Of a stretch of DNA of 64,000 bases, positions 24,957-37,510 are shown one piece after another. The notes under the pieces are model-generated. The model saw only the letters and a list, made by a program, of their open reading frames with translations, searched no databases and had not been told where the DNA came from. Each line of letters starts with the position of its first letter. Positions within the stretch are counted from its first letter, which is position 1. The position numbers and the translations under genes are program-made. Origin of the DNA: Squalus acanthias (Eukaryota); the NCBI GenBank assembly GCA_030390025.1, contig CM059431.1, positions 150,290,001 to 150,354,000 on the forward strand, read 5' to 3'.

Positions 24957-25505
24957 GTGAAGCCATTTGGGGCGTTTTACTACGTTAAAGGCGCTATATA
25001 AATGCAAGTTCTTATTGTGTTGGAGGGTCCCTCACTGCTTCAGGGACTCTGGCAGAGGGAAGAGTCTATCGCTGTTTACCTGCCAACTAACTGGATGACA
25101 GAGTCTCCATCTCTGGGCCATATAGGGCAGCAAGGTAGGACACCCAGGGTCTGCTGCGTTGTGGATCTCTGCTTCAGCACGAGTTCCACACCAGGTAGAG
25201 CGAATTAAAGTCTCTGATGGTTTATCATCGAATCCTCCAGCACAGAAGGAGGCCATTCGGCCCGTTGTGCCTGTGCTGGCTCTTTGTAAGAGCGATCCAA
25301 TTAGGCCCACTCCCTGCTGCCCTTTCCCGTTCAAGTACTTATCTGATTCCCTTTTGAAAGTTACCATTGAATCTGCTCCCAGCACCCTTTCAGGCAGCGC
25401 ATTCCGAACTCGCTGTGTTTTTTTTTAAAGTTCTCCCATCTTCCCTTCTGGTTCTTTTGCCAATTACCGTAAATCTGTGTCCTCTGGCTTTTTTAAATAT
25501 TTGTT
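24957..25505 (+). repeat. About 550-bp dispersed duplication, copy 1 (copy 2 at 35034-35581)
   Basis: Base-by-base near-identity, including a stretch not repeated elsewhere in the window (GGGTCCCTCACTGCTTCAGGGACTCTGGCAGAGGG...). Confidence 0.93.
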
Positions 25506-26078
25506 TCTGGGATGTGGGGGTCGCGGGCAAGGCAGCATTTATTGCCCATCTCTAATTACCCTCGAGAACGTGGTGGTGAGCCGCCTTCTTGAACCGCTGC
25601 AGTCCAGTCCGTGTGGTGAAAGTACTCCCACAGTGCTGTTAGGGAGCGAGTTCCAGGATTTTGTCCCAGCGACGATGAAGGAACGACGATATATTTCAAG
25701 ATGGTGTGTGAGTTGGAGGGGAACTTGGATGGTGGTGGTGTTCCAATGCGCCTGCTGCCCTTGTCCTTCTTGGTGGAAGAGGTCGCGGGTTTGGGAGGTG
25801 CTGCCGAAGAAGCCTTGGCGAGTTGCTGCAGTGCATCTTGTAGATGGTACACACTGCAGCCACGGTTCGCCGGTGGTGGAGGTTGCGGGTTTGGGAGGTG
25901 CTGCCCTAGTTTTTTATTTGTCACCCTCCCTACACTGGCGCGACTCTGAGCCAGACTGCGATTGGGCGCTGCGCAGCACTGTTGCTGCTGCTTGAAGTGT
26001 GCGGCTCTTGTAACGTGTGCCCTGACCGCTCTCTCCCTGCTTTCTCTTCTCCCCCTCCCCTTCCCCCAATCTCTTCAG

Positions 26079-26230
26079 ACGTACAGTTTGGTGCTGGAGG
26101 TGCAGGATTTGGAGAAGAAGTTTCTGCAGGTGAGTGAGGAGGAGCGGCCGGCCGTGCTGGAGCACAGGAAGACCAAGATCATGCAGATGTACGAGAACCT
26201 GCGAGGGAAGCAGGCTCACAGCACCGAGAG
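26079..26230 (+). CDS. PATL1: PATL1 exon (TYSLVLEVQDLEKKFLQVSEEERPAVLEHRKTKIMQMYENLRGKQAHSTER)
   Basis: ttcAG acceptor and GTGTGT donor; aligns with human TYSLLLDVEDYERRYLLSLEEERPALMDDRKHKICSMYDNLRGK. Confidence 0.95.
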
Positions 26231-26269
26231 GTGTGTGCACGTGGGAGAGGACGGGGAATAGGGGGCGGT

Positions 26270-26980
26270 GAGGGCAGGGAGAGGGGCCGGGGAGGGGGGG
26301 GGGGCGGTCGGGGCCGGGGAGGGGGGGGGTGGTCGGGGCCGGGGAGGGGGGGGGCGGTCGGGGCCGGGGAGGGGGGGGCGGGCGGTCGGGGTTGGGGAGG
26401 GGGGGCGGGGCCGGGGAGGGGGGGTGGTCGGGGAAGGGGCTGGGGAGGGGGGGGGCGGTCGAGGGGGGGGAGGGGGGGGCGGTCGGGTCCGGGTGGGGGG
26501 GCCGGGCGGTCGGGGCCGGTTGGGGGGGCGGTCGGGTCCGGTGGGGGGGGGGGGGCGGTCGGGGCTGGGGATGGGGGCAGCATAGGTCGTGGTGATGGGG
26601 ATATGGGGTTCAAGCTGAATGGGGAATGGGATTCAGTGGCTCATTCTTTCAGGGATCCGGGACGGGGGGCGGAGCTGGGACGGGGGGGCGGAGCCGGGAC
26701 GGGGGGGGCGGAGCCGGGACGGGGGGGCGGAGCCGGGACGGGGGGGCGGAGCCGGGACGGAGGGGGGCGGAGCCGGGACGGGGGGGGCGGAGCCGGGACC
26801 GGGGGGCGGAGCTGGGACCGGGGGGGGGGGGGGGGGGCGGGGGGCGGAGCCAGGGCCGGGGGGGCGGAGCCGGGGGCGGAGCCGGGACCGGGGGGCGGAG
26901 CCGGGGCGGGGGGGCGGAGCCGGGGCGGGGGGGTGGAGATGGGACGGGGGGGCGGAGCCGGGGCGGGGGGTGGAGATGGG
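26270..26980 (+). repeat. Two G-run minisatellites filling most of an 829-bp intron
   Basis: GGTCGGGGCCGGGGAGGGGGGG-type units at 26270-26580 and GGGACGGGGGGCGGAGCC-type units at 26658-26980. Confidence 0.9.
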
Positions 26981-27059
26981 CCAAGCGGCCTCCTCCTGCG
27001 AGTCCGGGAGTCCTCTCCAGCGCTGTAACTGCCTCCCGCTCTATTCCTGCCGTTCACAG

Positions 27060-27219
27060 AGTCAGCGACGAGCACTTTGTGCAGATCATGTGTATACGCA
27101 AGGGCAAGCGACTCGCTGCCAAGGTCCTGCTCCTCCTCAGCACTGAGCAGGCTGCCAACGTGGTGCTCGCCACCGCCCGCAATCTCCCCTTCCTGGTCAA
27201 GAAGGACACGCAGGACGAG
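27060..27219 (+). CDS. PATL1: PATL1 exon (VSDEHFVQIMCIRKGKRLAAKVLLLLSTEQAANVVLATARNLPFLVKKDTQDE)
   Basis: cacAG acceptor and GTGAGT donor; human SDDHFVQIMCIRKGKR...ARNLPFLIKKDAQDE. Confidence 0.97.
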
Positions 27220-27624
27220 GTGAGTGACCGCCGGCGGAGACGGTGGGGGGGGTGCGGGTGGCCACAGCACGGCCTGCTTGGCTCAGTCACCGGCAAACCA
27301 GCGTTTCCGGGTCAGGAGGTCAAGGGGTGCCCTGAGCTCGCGATCCAGGCTCCTCTGGAAGGGACATTAAATCCCAGGCCCTGTCTGTCTGTCCCTGCGG
27401 GTTTAAATTTCATAGCATCACATAGCGCAGAAGGGGGCCATTCGGCCCATAGTGGCTGTGCCCGGCTCTTTGGAAAGAGCAATCCAATTAGTCCCACTTC
27501 TCCCCTTTTTCATCAGAAATAGGAACAGGAGGAGGCCATTCAGCCCCTCGAGCCTGTTCCGCCATTCAATTAGATCATGGTTGAAAGGTATCTTAACTCC
27601 ATCAATCAGCATCAGTATAAAGCT

Positions 27625-27940
27625 GTCGGAGGGGCAGTACTGCGGGAGCGCTGCACTGTCAGAGCTGCCGTCTTTCAGACAAGATGTTAAACCGATGCCC
27701 CGTCTTGCCTCTCGGGTGGGCGTGCCCTGGCCAGTATTTGTCCCTCAATCAACATCACCTAAACCAGCTTATGCGGTCATCATCACATTGCTGCTGTGCG
27801 TGGGAGCTTGCTGTGCGCAGATTGGCTGCTGCCTTTCCCACATTACAACAGTGACTACACTGCCAAAGTACTTCATTGGCTGTGAAGCGCTTTGGAACAT
27901 TCTGAGGTCATGTGAGGCGCTGCATCGATGCAAGTCTTAA
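27625..27940 (+). mobile_element. Deu-SINE fragment
   Basis: CTGCACTGTCAGAGCTGCCGTCTTTCAG...ACATTACAACAGTGACTACAC. Confidence 0.75.
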
Positions 27941-28566
27941 TTATTTATTTGTCGACCCACTTTAGTTCCGTAACCCTTAATACCCTTACCCTTACCCAAT
28001 AAACATCGATCAAGCTCAGTTTTGAACCCTTCAATTGACAACCAGCCTCAACAGCTTTTTGGGGAAGAGTGTTCCAGATTTCCACTCGTCTTTATATGAA
28101 GTACGCCCCGAAATCGCCCCTGCACAGCCTAGATGTCATTTTAAAGTTACACTCCTTGTTCTGGACAAATAGATTCTCTCTCTCGACCCGAACAACTCCT
28201 TTAATCACCTTTAAACACCTCAATCAGATCACCCCTTAATCTTCTACACTCAAGCCCAGTCTGTGCAACCTGTCCACCTAGTCTAACCCTGTAACAGCTC
28301 GATTAGATCACCCACGTCTGCATCACACACGTCTGCTCCCAGAATCCTCCACAGCTCCCAGGGGTCATTCTTGATGCCAAGGTTCATCGGTCGCTGAAGC
28401 CTGTTGCCCGACATTGACTTCTGGTGACAAAGTCCACAGACCTCTCTCAGAATCCGCCGGCTATAGAAGGATCCCGCCCCAGAACCGTAAACTGGCCACG
28501 CTCTTCGAAGTGGGTTAGCCGCAGTCGGAGGATTGAAAGGCTGATTACAATTCCCTGTTAACCTCG

Positions 28567-28862
28567 TTGTTTGATGGGACAGTGCAGAGGGAGCTTTAGT
28601 CTGTCCCTAACCCTGTGCTGTACCTGCCCTGGGAGTGTTTGATGGGACAGTGTAGAGGGAGCTTTACTCTGTATCTAACCCGTGCTGTACCTGCCCTGGG
28701 AGTGTTTGATGGGACAGTGTAGAGGGAGCTTTACTCTGTATCTAACCCGTGCTGTACCTGCCCTGGGAGTGTTTGATGGGACAGTGTAGAGGGAGCTTTA
28801 CTCTGTATCTAACCTGTGCTGTACCCGCCCTGGGAGTGTTTGATGGGACAGTGTAGAGGGAG
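28567..28862 (+). repeat. 67-bp minisatellite, about 4 copies
   Basis: Same unit as 4758-5183. Confidence 0.93.
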
Positions 28863-29049
28863 ACCGGTGGCGGGTGGGAGAGAGGAGGCGGTACGATGCT
28901 GTTTTCGGGTGTAGGCTTTTGCGTCATTCTGTTCTGTGTGTGCGTGAGATTGACGTGCATCTGAGTGCCGGCCTAATATTGAGGTTGTGATTCACCGTGT
29001 GCGTGCCCATGAAGTCATGCCGCCAACGTGCTGTCCTGTCCTGTTGCAG

Positions 29050-29193
29050 GTGCTGCCCTGCCTGGCTGAACCCTGCTCGCTGCTCGTTGGCCGGCTCCCC
29101 TCCAGCGCACTGACCGAGCTCCTGCAACAATTGACCGGTTCACCTCAGTCCGGCGGAGCCGGGAGCCACTTCCCCGCCATCCTGCAGAACAAG
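29050..29193 (+). CDS. PATL1: PATL1 exon (VLPCLAEPCSLLVGRLPSSALTELLQQLTGSPQSGGAGSHFPAILQNK)
   Basis: tgcAG acceptor and GTATGG donor; human VLPCLLSPFSLLLYHLP...HLTAVLQNK. Confidence 0.94.
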
Positions 29194-29292
29194 GTATGGG
29201 GAAGGGTGGGGGTGAGCTGGGGTCGGGAGAGGGTGTGGGTTTGGAGATTGTGTGGAGCCATTGCAGGAGGGTGGGATGGGGATTATTGGCGG

Positions 29293-30160
29293 GTCAGTAC
29301 TGAGGGAGCGCTGCACTGTCAGAGGGGCAGTACTGAGGGAGCGCTGCAGTGTCGGAGGGGGCAGTACTGAGGGAGCGCTGCACTGTCAGAGGGTCAGTAC
29401 TGAGGGAGTGCTGCACTGTCAGAGGGTCAGTACTGAGGGAGTGCTGCACTGTCAGAGGGTCAGTACTGAGGGAGCGCTGCACTGTCAGAGGGGCAGTACC
29501 GAGGGAGCGCTGCACTGTCGGAGGGGCAGCACTGAGGGAGCGCTGCAGTGTCGGAGGGGGCAGTACTGAGGGAGCGCTGCACTGTCGGAGGGGCAGTACT
29601 GAGGGAGCGCTGCACTGTCGGAGGGGCAGTACTGAGGGAGCGCTGCACTCTCGGAGGGGCAGTACTGAGGGAGCACTGCACTGTCGGAGGGGCAGTACTG
29701 AGGGAGCACTGCACTGTCGGAGGGGCAGTACTGAGGGAGCGCTGCACTGTCGGAAGGACAGTACTGAGGGAGCGCTGCACTGTCGGAAGGACAGTACTGA
29801 GGGAGCGCTGCTCTGTCGGAAGGACAGTACTGAGGGAGCGCTGCACTGTCGGAGGGGCAGTACTGAGGGAGCGCTGCAGTGTCGGAGGGGGCAGTACTGA
29901 GGGAGCGCTGCACTGTCGGAGGGGCAGTACTGAGAGGGCATGGGGTGTTCTCCCTGGTATCCTGCGGCCTGACATTTATCGCTCGTCCAACCTAAATTAA
30001 AGAAAAAATTAGTTGATCTGGTCATTATCACATTGCTGCTTATGTGTTGCTGCAGTGCGTAAATTGGCTGCCACGTTTGCTACATTACAACAGTGACTAC
30101 ACTTCAACGGTACTTCATTGGTTGTAAAGCGCTTTGGGACGTCCTGAGGTGGTGAAAGAC
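29293..30160 (+). mobile_element. Deu-SINE remnant with a 33-bp array (about 19 copies, 29293-29938)
   Basis: Same unit as 22123-22550, followed by SINE 3' body. Confidence 0.85.
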
Positions 30161-30216
30161 ACTGTCTGTATATAAGCTCTCTTCCTGGAGTGACGTTTTT
30201 CCAATTGTTTTGCCAG

Positions 30217-30308
30217 TTCGGACTGACATTGTTCTACCTGATCCTGAGCCAAGGGGAGAGGTTGCAGAGCTCCGAGGCAGCCAGCGAACTCATGCAGGAC
30301 AACAGGTG
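30217..30308 (+). CDS. PATL1: PATL1 exon (FGLTLFYLILSQGERLQSSEAASELMQDNRW)
   Basis: gccAG acceptor and GTGAGT donor; human FGLSLLLILLSRGEDLQSSDPATESTQNNQW; ends mid-Trp codon. Confidence 0.94.
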
Positions 30309-30436
30309 GTGAGTCTCTCCCAGTGTTTTTACCGTCTGCGTTGGCCCGTCATAGAAACATAGAAAACTAGGAGCAGGAGTAGGTCATTCGGCCCTTCGCG
30401 CCTGCTCCGCCATTCGATATGATCATGGCTGATCCT

Positions 30437-33420
30437 GACAGAAATAAATGGTAAAAGGGTGAGGAACAAAAAACAAAGGGCCAAACTAATTCATAAAAAA
30501 TGTGAGCATAAAAAAAGCCTGAGGGTTTTATACCTTAATGCGAGAAGCATCAGGAACAAGGTAGATGAATTAGCTGTGGAAATAGAGGTTAATAATTATG
30601 ATCTAATTGGGATTACGGAAACATGGTTGCAGGGTGAGCAGGGCTGGGAGCTTAACATACAGGGGTATTCAGTATTTAGGAAGGATCGACAAAAAAGAAA
30701 GGGAGGAGGGGTAGCATTGCTGGTAAAAGAAGGGATAAATGCAATTGAAAGGAAGGATATTAACTCAGTTAATACAGAATCTATATGGGTGGAGCTAAGA
30801 AATAGCGAGGGGCGAAAAACATTAATAGGAGTGGTATATAGGCCTCCAAATAGTAAAATAGAGGTTGGGGAGGGCATCACGAGGGAAATTAGAGAAGCGT
30901 GCAATAAGAGCACAGCTGTCATCATAGGTGACTTTAACTTACATATAGATTGGAATAGCCTAATCAGTAAAAATAATGAGGAGGAGGAATTCCTTGAGTG
31001 TTTAAGGGATGGTTATCTGGATCAATATGTCGAGGAACCAACTCGGGAACAGGCTATATTGGACTGGGTACTGTGCAATGAGAAGGGACTAATTAGTAAT
31101 CTTGTTGTACGGGGACCCTTGGGTCAGAGCGATCATAACATGATCGATTTCTCACTCGAAATGGAGAGCGAAGAAATTGACTCCGAGACTAAGGTCCTGA
31201 ATTTAAACAAGGGGAATTATGATGCCATTAGACGGGAACTGAGTAGGTCTGATTGGACAACGTTCCTGGGAGGACTGGAGGTAGATAAACAATGGCAAGC
31301 ATTTAAAGATAGAATGACAAAATTGCAAAAATTGTTTATACCAATCTGGCATAAAAGGAAATCTAAAAAGGTGACTCAACCGTGGATAACAGGGGAAATT
31401 AGAGACAGCATAAAATCCAAAGATAGGGCATATAAAATAGCCAAAAAAAGCGCCAGAGCGGAAGATTGGGAACAGTTTAAGATAGAGCAAAGGAGGACAA
31501 AGGGCTTAATCAAGAGGGGCAAAATAGCTTACGAAAGCAAGCTGGCGGAAAATATAAAAACTAACTCCAAAAGCTTTTATAAGTATATCAAGAGGAAAAG
31601 ACTGGTGAAAACCAAAGTTGGTCCATTGCAGTCAGATACGGGGGAATATATAACGGGAAATAAGGAAATGGCAGACCAACTAAATGCATACTTTGGGTCA
31701 GTCTTTACGAAGGAAAACACAAAAAACCTCCCTGGGATATCGGGAAAAATAGGGACATTGGCAAAGGAGGAACTGACACAAATCAATATCTCTAAGGATA
31801 TGGTGTTAAGGAAGCTAAAGGGATTGAAGGCGGACAAATCCCCAGGGCCTGATAACATGCATCCTAGGGTACTGAAGGAGGTGGCCCTAGAGATAGCGGA
31901 TGCACTAAGTATGATTTTTCAGAATTCATTAGACTCGGGAACAGTGCCCATGGATTGGAGGGTAGCTAACGTTACCCCACTATTCAAAAAGGGGGGTAGG
32001 GAAAAGCAGGTAATTACAGACCTGTAAGCCTTACATTAGTTGTGGGCAAAATGCTGGAGTCCATCATTAAGGATGAAATAGCGGAGCACTTAGCAAATGG
32101 GGACAGGATAGGACAGAGTCAACATGGATTTACAAAGGGTAAATCGTGCTTGACTAATCTATTGGAATTTTTTGAGGGAGTAACTGGTAAAATAGATGGG
32201 GGAGAGCCAGTAGATGTGGTGTACCTGGACTTCCAAAAGGCCTTCGACAAGGTCCCACATAAAAGATTAGCATGGAAAATTGAAGCTCATGGGATAAAGG
32301 GGAAAGTATTGACATGGATAGAGAACTGGCTGTCAGATAGAAAACAGAGAGTTGGAATAAACGGCTCATTTCTGAATGGCAGGCAGTAACAAGTGGGGTA
32401 CCACAGGGATCTGTCCTGGGTCCCCAGCTGTTCACAATTTACATTAATGACCTGGATCAGGGAGTCGGATGCAGCATTTCCAAATTTGCAGACGACACTA
32501 AACTAGGAGGGGGGGTGGGCTCAGAGGAGGAGACCAGGAAGCTCCAGAGCGATTTGGACAGACTGGGTGATTGGGCGGATAAATGGCAGATGCACTATAA
32601 TGTGGACAAGTGCGAAGTTATCCACCTTGGGTGCAGGAACGGGAGGGCAAATTATTATTTAAATGGCAATAAATTGGGAGAAGGGGAAGTACAGAGAGAC
32701 CTGGGTGTTCTTGTACACCAGTCACTGAAGGCGAGCATGCAGGTGCAACAGGCGGTCAAGAAGGCAAACGGTATGCTGGCCTTCATAGCAAAAGGGTTGG
32801 AATACAGGAACAGGGATACCTTGCTGCAGCTGTACAGGGCACTGGTGAGACCACACCTCGAGTACTGTGTACAGTTTTGGTCGCCTCATCTGAGGAAAGA
32901 TGTTCTTGACATGGAGGGGGTGCAGCGGCGATTCACCAGGCTGATACCAGGAATGGCGGGATTGACCTATGAGGAGAGACTATGTAGTTTAGGGATGTAC
33001 ACACTGGAGTTTAGAAGATTGAGAGGGGACCTCATAGAAGTGTATAAAATTCTGACAGGTCTAGACAGACTAGATGCAGAAGGAATGTTTCCCTTGGCGG
33101 GTGAGAACAGAACTAGAGGACATAATTTAAGGATAAGGGCTAAACCATTTAGGACAGAAATGAGGGGGAATTTCTTCGCTCAGAGGGTGGTGAACCTGTG
33201 GAACTCATTGCAACAGAGGGCAGTGTACGCCAGCTCATTAAATATATTTAAGAGGGAATTAGATATATTTCTACAGGCAAAAGGGGTTAAGGGTTACGGA
33301 GAGAAGGCGGGGACGGGATACTGAATTGGAGGATCAGCCATGATCTCATGAAATGGCGGAGCAGGCTCGAAGGGCCGGATGGCCTACTCCTGCTCCTATC
33401 TTCTATGTATCTATGTATCT
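30437..33420 (+). mobile_element. Young CR1 LINE with essentially complete ORF2 (two 1-bp frameshifts)
   Basis: YLNARSI, GITETW, GDFN, SDH endonuclease motifs, RT with FADD, 3' UTR. It splits an antisense CR1 3' end (30351-30436 plus 33421-33715). Confidence 0.97.
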
Positions 33421-33726
33421 CAATACCATATTCCCGCTCTCTCCCCATACCCCTTGAAGCCTTTTGTGTCTAGAAATCTATCTTACTCCTTCTTAAATAT
33501 ATTCAGTGACTTGGCCTCCACAGCCTTCTGTGGTAGAGAATTCCACAGGTTCACCACCCTCTGAGTGAAGAAATTTCTCCTCATCTCAGTCCTAAATGTC
33601 CTCCCCCGTATCCTGAGACTGTGACCCCTCATTCTAGACCCCCCAGCCAAGGGAAACATCCTCCCTGCATCCAGTCTGTCTAGCCCTGTCAGAATTTTAT
33701 ACGTTTCAATGAGATAGAATTTTATA

Positions 33727-34307
33727 CATAGAAACATAGAAGATAAGAGCAGGAGTAGGCCATTCGGCCCCTCGAGCCTGCTCTGCCATTCGATGAGATC
33801 ATGGCTGATCATCCAAATTCAGTACCCTGTACCTGCCTTCTCCCCATATCCCTTGATACCTTTAGCTTTAAGAAATATATCTAACTCCTTCTTGAATATA
33901 TTTAATGACTTGGCCTCAACTGCCTTCTGTGGTAGAGAATTCCACAGATTCACCACTCTCTGGGTGAAGAAATTCTTCCTCATTTCTGTCCGAAATGGCT
34001 TACCCCTTATCCTTAGACTGTGACTCCTGGTTCTGGACTCCCCGACCATCGGGAACATTCTTCCTGCATCTAGTTTGTCCAGACCTGTCAGAATTTTATA
34101 TGTTTCGATGAGATCCCCTCTCATTCTTCTAAACTCCAGCGAGTATAAGCCCAATCGACCCAATCTCTCTTCATACGTCATTCCTGCCATCCCAGGTATC
34201 AGTCTGGTGAATCTTCGCTGAACTCCTTCCATGGCAAGAACATCCTTCCTCAGATAAGGCGACCAAAACTGCACACAGTACTCAAGTGTGGTCTCACCAA
34301 GGCCCTG
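33727..34307 (-). mobile_element. CR1 3' fragment
   Basis: LEYCVQFWSPYLRKDVLAME...GYGEKAGTGY; near-identical to 42363-43418 and 47168-47720. Confidence 0.92.
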
Positions 34308-34309
34308 TT

Positions 34310-35085
34310 TCAATCCGTTCCCAAGCCACCAAACTCCATCCCTCTTCCGGGCAGCTGTCCGAGGTTCAACCAGATTGTTTGCAACCTCAGTGTTGTATGT
34401 GATCCCGAGATGAGCTTCCGACCACAGATCCGCACCATTGCAAAGACTGCCTACTTCCACCTCAGTAACACGGCCCGACTCCGCCCTTGCCTCAGCCCAT
34501 CTGCTGTTGAAACCCTCGACCGTGCCTTTGTTACCTGCAGACTCGACTATTCCAAACCTTTCCTGCCCGGCCTCCCATCTTCCACCCTCCATAAACTTGA
34601 GATCATCCAAAACTCGTCTGCCTGTGTCCTCGCTCGCACCAAGTCCCGTTCACCCATCACCCCCTGTGCTCCTGACCTTCATTGGCTCCCGGTTAAGCAA
34701 CGCCTCCACTTTAAAATTCTCATCCTTGCTTTCAAATCCCTCCATGGCCTCGCCCTGTTTCTGTAACCTCCTCCGGTCCTACAACCCCCCCGAGATCTCT
34801 GCGCCCCTCCGATTCTGCCCTCTTGAGCATCCCTGATTGTAATCGCTCAACCATTGGCGGCCGTGCCTTCTGTTGCCTAGGCCGTCGGCTCTGAAATTCC
34901 CTGCTTAAACCTCTCCGCCTCTCTCTCCTCCTTTAAGACGCTCCGTCAAACCTACCTCTTTGACCAAGCTTTTATCGCCTGCCCTAATATCTCCTTATGT
35001 GGTTGTGTCAAATTTTGTTTGATAATCCTTCCTGTGAAGCCATTTGGGGCGTTTTACTAGTTAAAGGCGCTATATAAATGCAAGT
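34310..35085 (+). mobile_element. L2 LINE 3' fragment
   Basis: KTAYFHLSN...AFVTCRLDYS...LHWLPVKQRLHFKIL; L2 tail. Confidence 0.88.
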
Positions 35086-35574
35086 TCTTGTTGTGTTGGA
35101 GGGTCCCTCACTGCTTCAGGGACTCTGGCAGAGGGAAGAGTCTATCGCTGTTTACCTGCCTACTAACTGGATGACAGAGTCTCCATCTCTGGGCCATATA
35201 GGGCAGCAAGGTAGGACACCCAGGGTCTGCTGCGTTGTGGATCTCTGTTTCAGCACGAGTTCCACACCCGGTAGAGCGATTAAAGTCTCTGATGGTTTAT
35301 CATCGAATCCTCCAGCACAGAAGGAGGCCATTCGGCCTGTTGTGCCTGTGCTGGCTCTTTGTAAGAGCGATCCAATTAGGCCCACTCCCTGCTGCCCTTT
35401 CCCGTTCAAGTACTTATCTGATTCCCTTTTGAAAGTTACCATTGAATCTGCTCCCACCACCCTTTCAGGCAGCGCATTCCGAACTCGCTGTGTTTTTTTT
35501 TTAAAGTTCTCCCATCTTCCCTTCTGGTTCTTTTGCCAATTACCGTAAATCTGTGTCCTCTGGCTTTTTTTAAT

Positions 35575-37510
35575 ATTTGTTCACGGGATGTCGGTGTCGC
35601 TGGCAAGGCCAGCATTTATTGCCCATCCCCAGTTGCCCTTGAGAAGGTGGTGGTGAGCCGCCACCTTGAACCGCTGCAGTCCGTGTGGTGAAGGTACTCC
35701 CACAGTGCTGTTAGGGAGGGAGTTCCAGGATTTTGACCCAGTGACGATGAAGGATCGGCCGATATACTTCTAAGTCAGGAGGGTGTGAGACTTGGAGGGG
35801 AAACTTGGAGGTGGTGGTGTTCCCATGCGTCTGCTGCCCTTGTCCTTCTAGATGGAAGAGGTCGCGGGCTTGGGTGGTGCTGCCGAAGAAGCCTTGGCGC
35901 GTTGCTGCAGTGCATCTTGTAGATGGTACACTCTGCAGCCACGGTGCGCCGGTGGTGGAGGGAGTGAATGTTTAAGGTGGTGGATGGGGTGCCAATCAAG
36001 CGGGCTGCTTTGTCCTGGATGGTGTCGAGCTTCTTGAGTGTTGTTGGAGCTGCACTGATCCAGGCAAGTGGAGAGTATTCCATCACACTCCTTACTTGTG
36101 CCTCGTAGATGGTGGAAAGGCTTTGGGGAGTCAGGAGGTGAGACACTCGCCGCAGAATACGCAGCCTCTGACCTGCTCTTGTTGCCACAGTATTTATGTG
36201 GCTGGTCCAGTTAAGTTTCTGGTCAATGGTGACCCCCAGGATGTTGATGGTGGGGGATTCGGCGATGTAATGCTGTTGAATGTCAAGAGGTGGTGATTAG
36301 ACTCTCGCTTGTTGGAGATGGTCATTGCCTGGCACTTCTGTGGCGCGAATGTTACCTGCCACTTATCAGCCCAAGCCTGAACGTCGTCCAGGTCTTGTTG
36401 CATGCACTGCTTCATTATTTGGGGAGTTGTGAATGGCGCTGAACACTGTGCAGTCATCAGCAAACATCCCCATTTCTGACTTCATGTTGGAGGGAAGGTC
36501 ATTGATGAAGCAGCTGAAGATGGTTGGGCCGAGGACACTGCCCTGAGGAACTCCTGCAGCGATGTCCTGGGGCTGTGATGATTGACCTTCAACCACCATA
36601 ACCATCTTCCTTTGTGTTAGGTATGACTCCAGCCAGTGGAGAGTTTTCCCCCCGATTCCCATTGACTTCACTTTTACTCGGGCTCCTTGATGCCACACTC
36701 GGTCAAATGCTGCCTTGATGTCAAGGGCAGTCACTCTCACCTCACCTCTAGAATTCAGCTCCTTTGTCCATGTTTGGACCAAGGCTGTAATGAGGTTGGG
36801 ACCCGAGTGGTCTTGGCAGAACCCAAACTGGGCATCAGTGAGCAGGTTATTGGTGAGTAAGTGCCGCTTGATAGCACTGTTGATGACACCTTCCATCACT
36901 TTGCTGATGATTGAGAGTAGACTGATGGGGCGGTAATTGGCCGGATTGGATTTGTCCTGCCTTTCGTAGACAGGACATACCTGGGCAGTTTTCCACATTG
37001 TCGGATAGATGCCACTGTTGTGGCTGTACTGGAACAGCTTGGCTAGTTCTGGAGCACAAGTCTTCAGCACGACAGCCGGGATGTTGTCGGGGCCCATAGC
37101 CTTTGCTGTATCCAGTGCGCTCAGCCGTTTCTTGATATCACGTGGAGTGAATCGAATTGGCTGAAGACTGGCTTCTGTGATGGTGGGGACCTCAGGAGTA
37201 GGCCGATATGGATCATCCACTCGGTACTTCTGGCTGAAGATGGTTGCAAACGCTTCAGCCTTGTCTTTTGCACTCACGTGCTGGGCTCCACCATCATTGA
37301 GGATGGGGATATTCATGGAGCCTCCTCCTCCCGTTAGTTGTTTAATGGTCCACCACCATTCACGACTGGATGTGGCAGGACTGCAGAGCTTTGATCTGAT
37401 CCGTTGATTGTGGGATCGCGTAGCCCTGTCTATAGCATGCTGCTTCCGCTTTTTATCATGCATGTAGTCCTGTGTTGCAGCTTCCCCAGATTGGCACCTC
37501 ATTTTTAGGT
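35575..37510 (-). mobile_element. Non-LTR retrotransposon of a second CR1/L2-group lineage (RT to 3' end), cut by the gap
   Basis: 378-aa ORF with KAMGPDNIP, NYRPISLLS, LDIKAAFDRV, GVPQGSVLGP, FADD; protein clearly different from the CR1 copies. Exact clade not assignable by eye. Confidence 0.9.

Noticed and set aside
25002..25208. Duplicated short ORF (also at 35078) as a hidden exon
   Set aside because: Starts inside an L2 tail, copies diverge in frame, and no recognisable protein similarity.
26179..27059. Gly- or Pro-rich ORFs resembling collagen or extensin
   Set aside because: G-run intronic minisatellites between two well-defined PATL1 exons.
28300..28560. Unique intronic stretch as a possible snoRNA
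   Set aside because: No convincing C/D or H/ACA box arrangement by eye; an Rfam scan would be needed.
20826..29938. Regularly spaced 33-, 67- and 79-bp repeats as CRISPR-like arrays
   Set aside because: Head-to-tail units with no unique spacers, no cas genes, vertebrate context.
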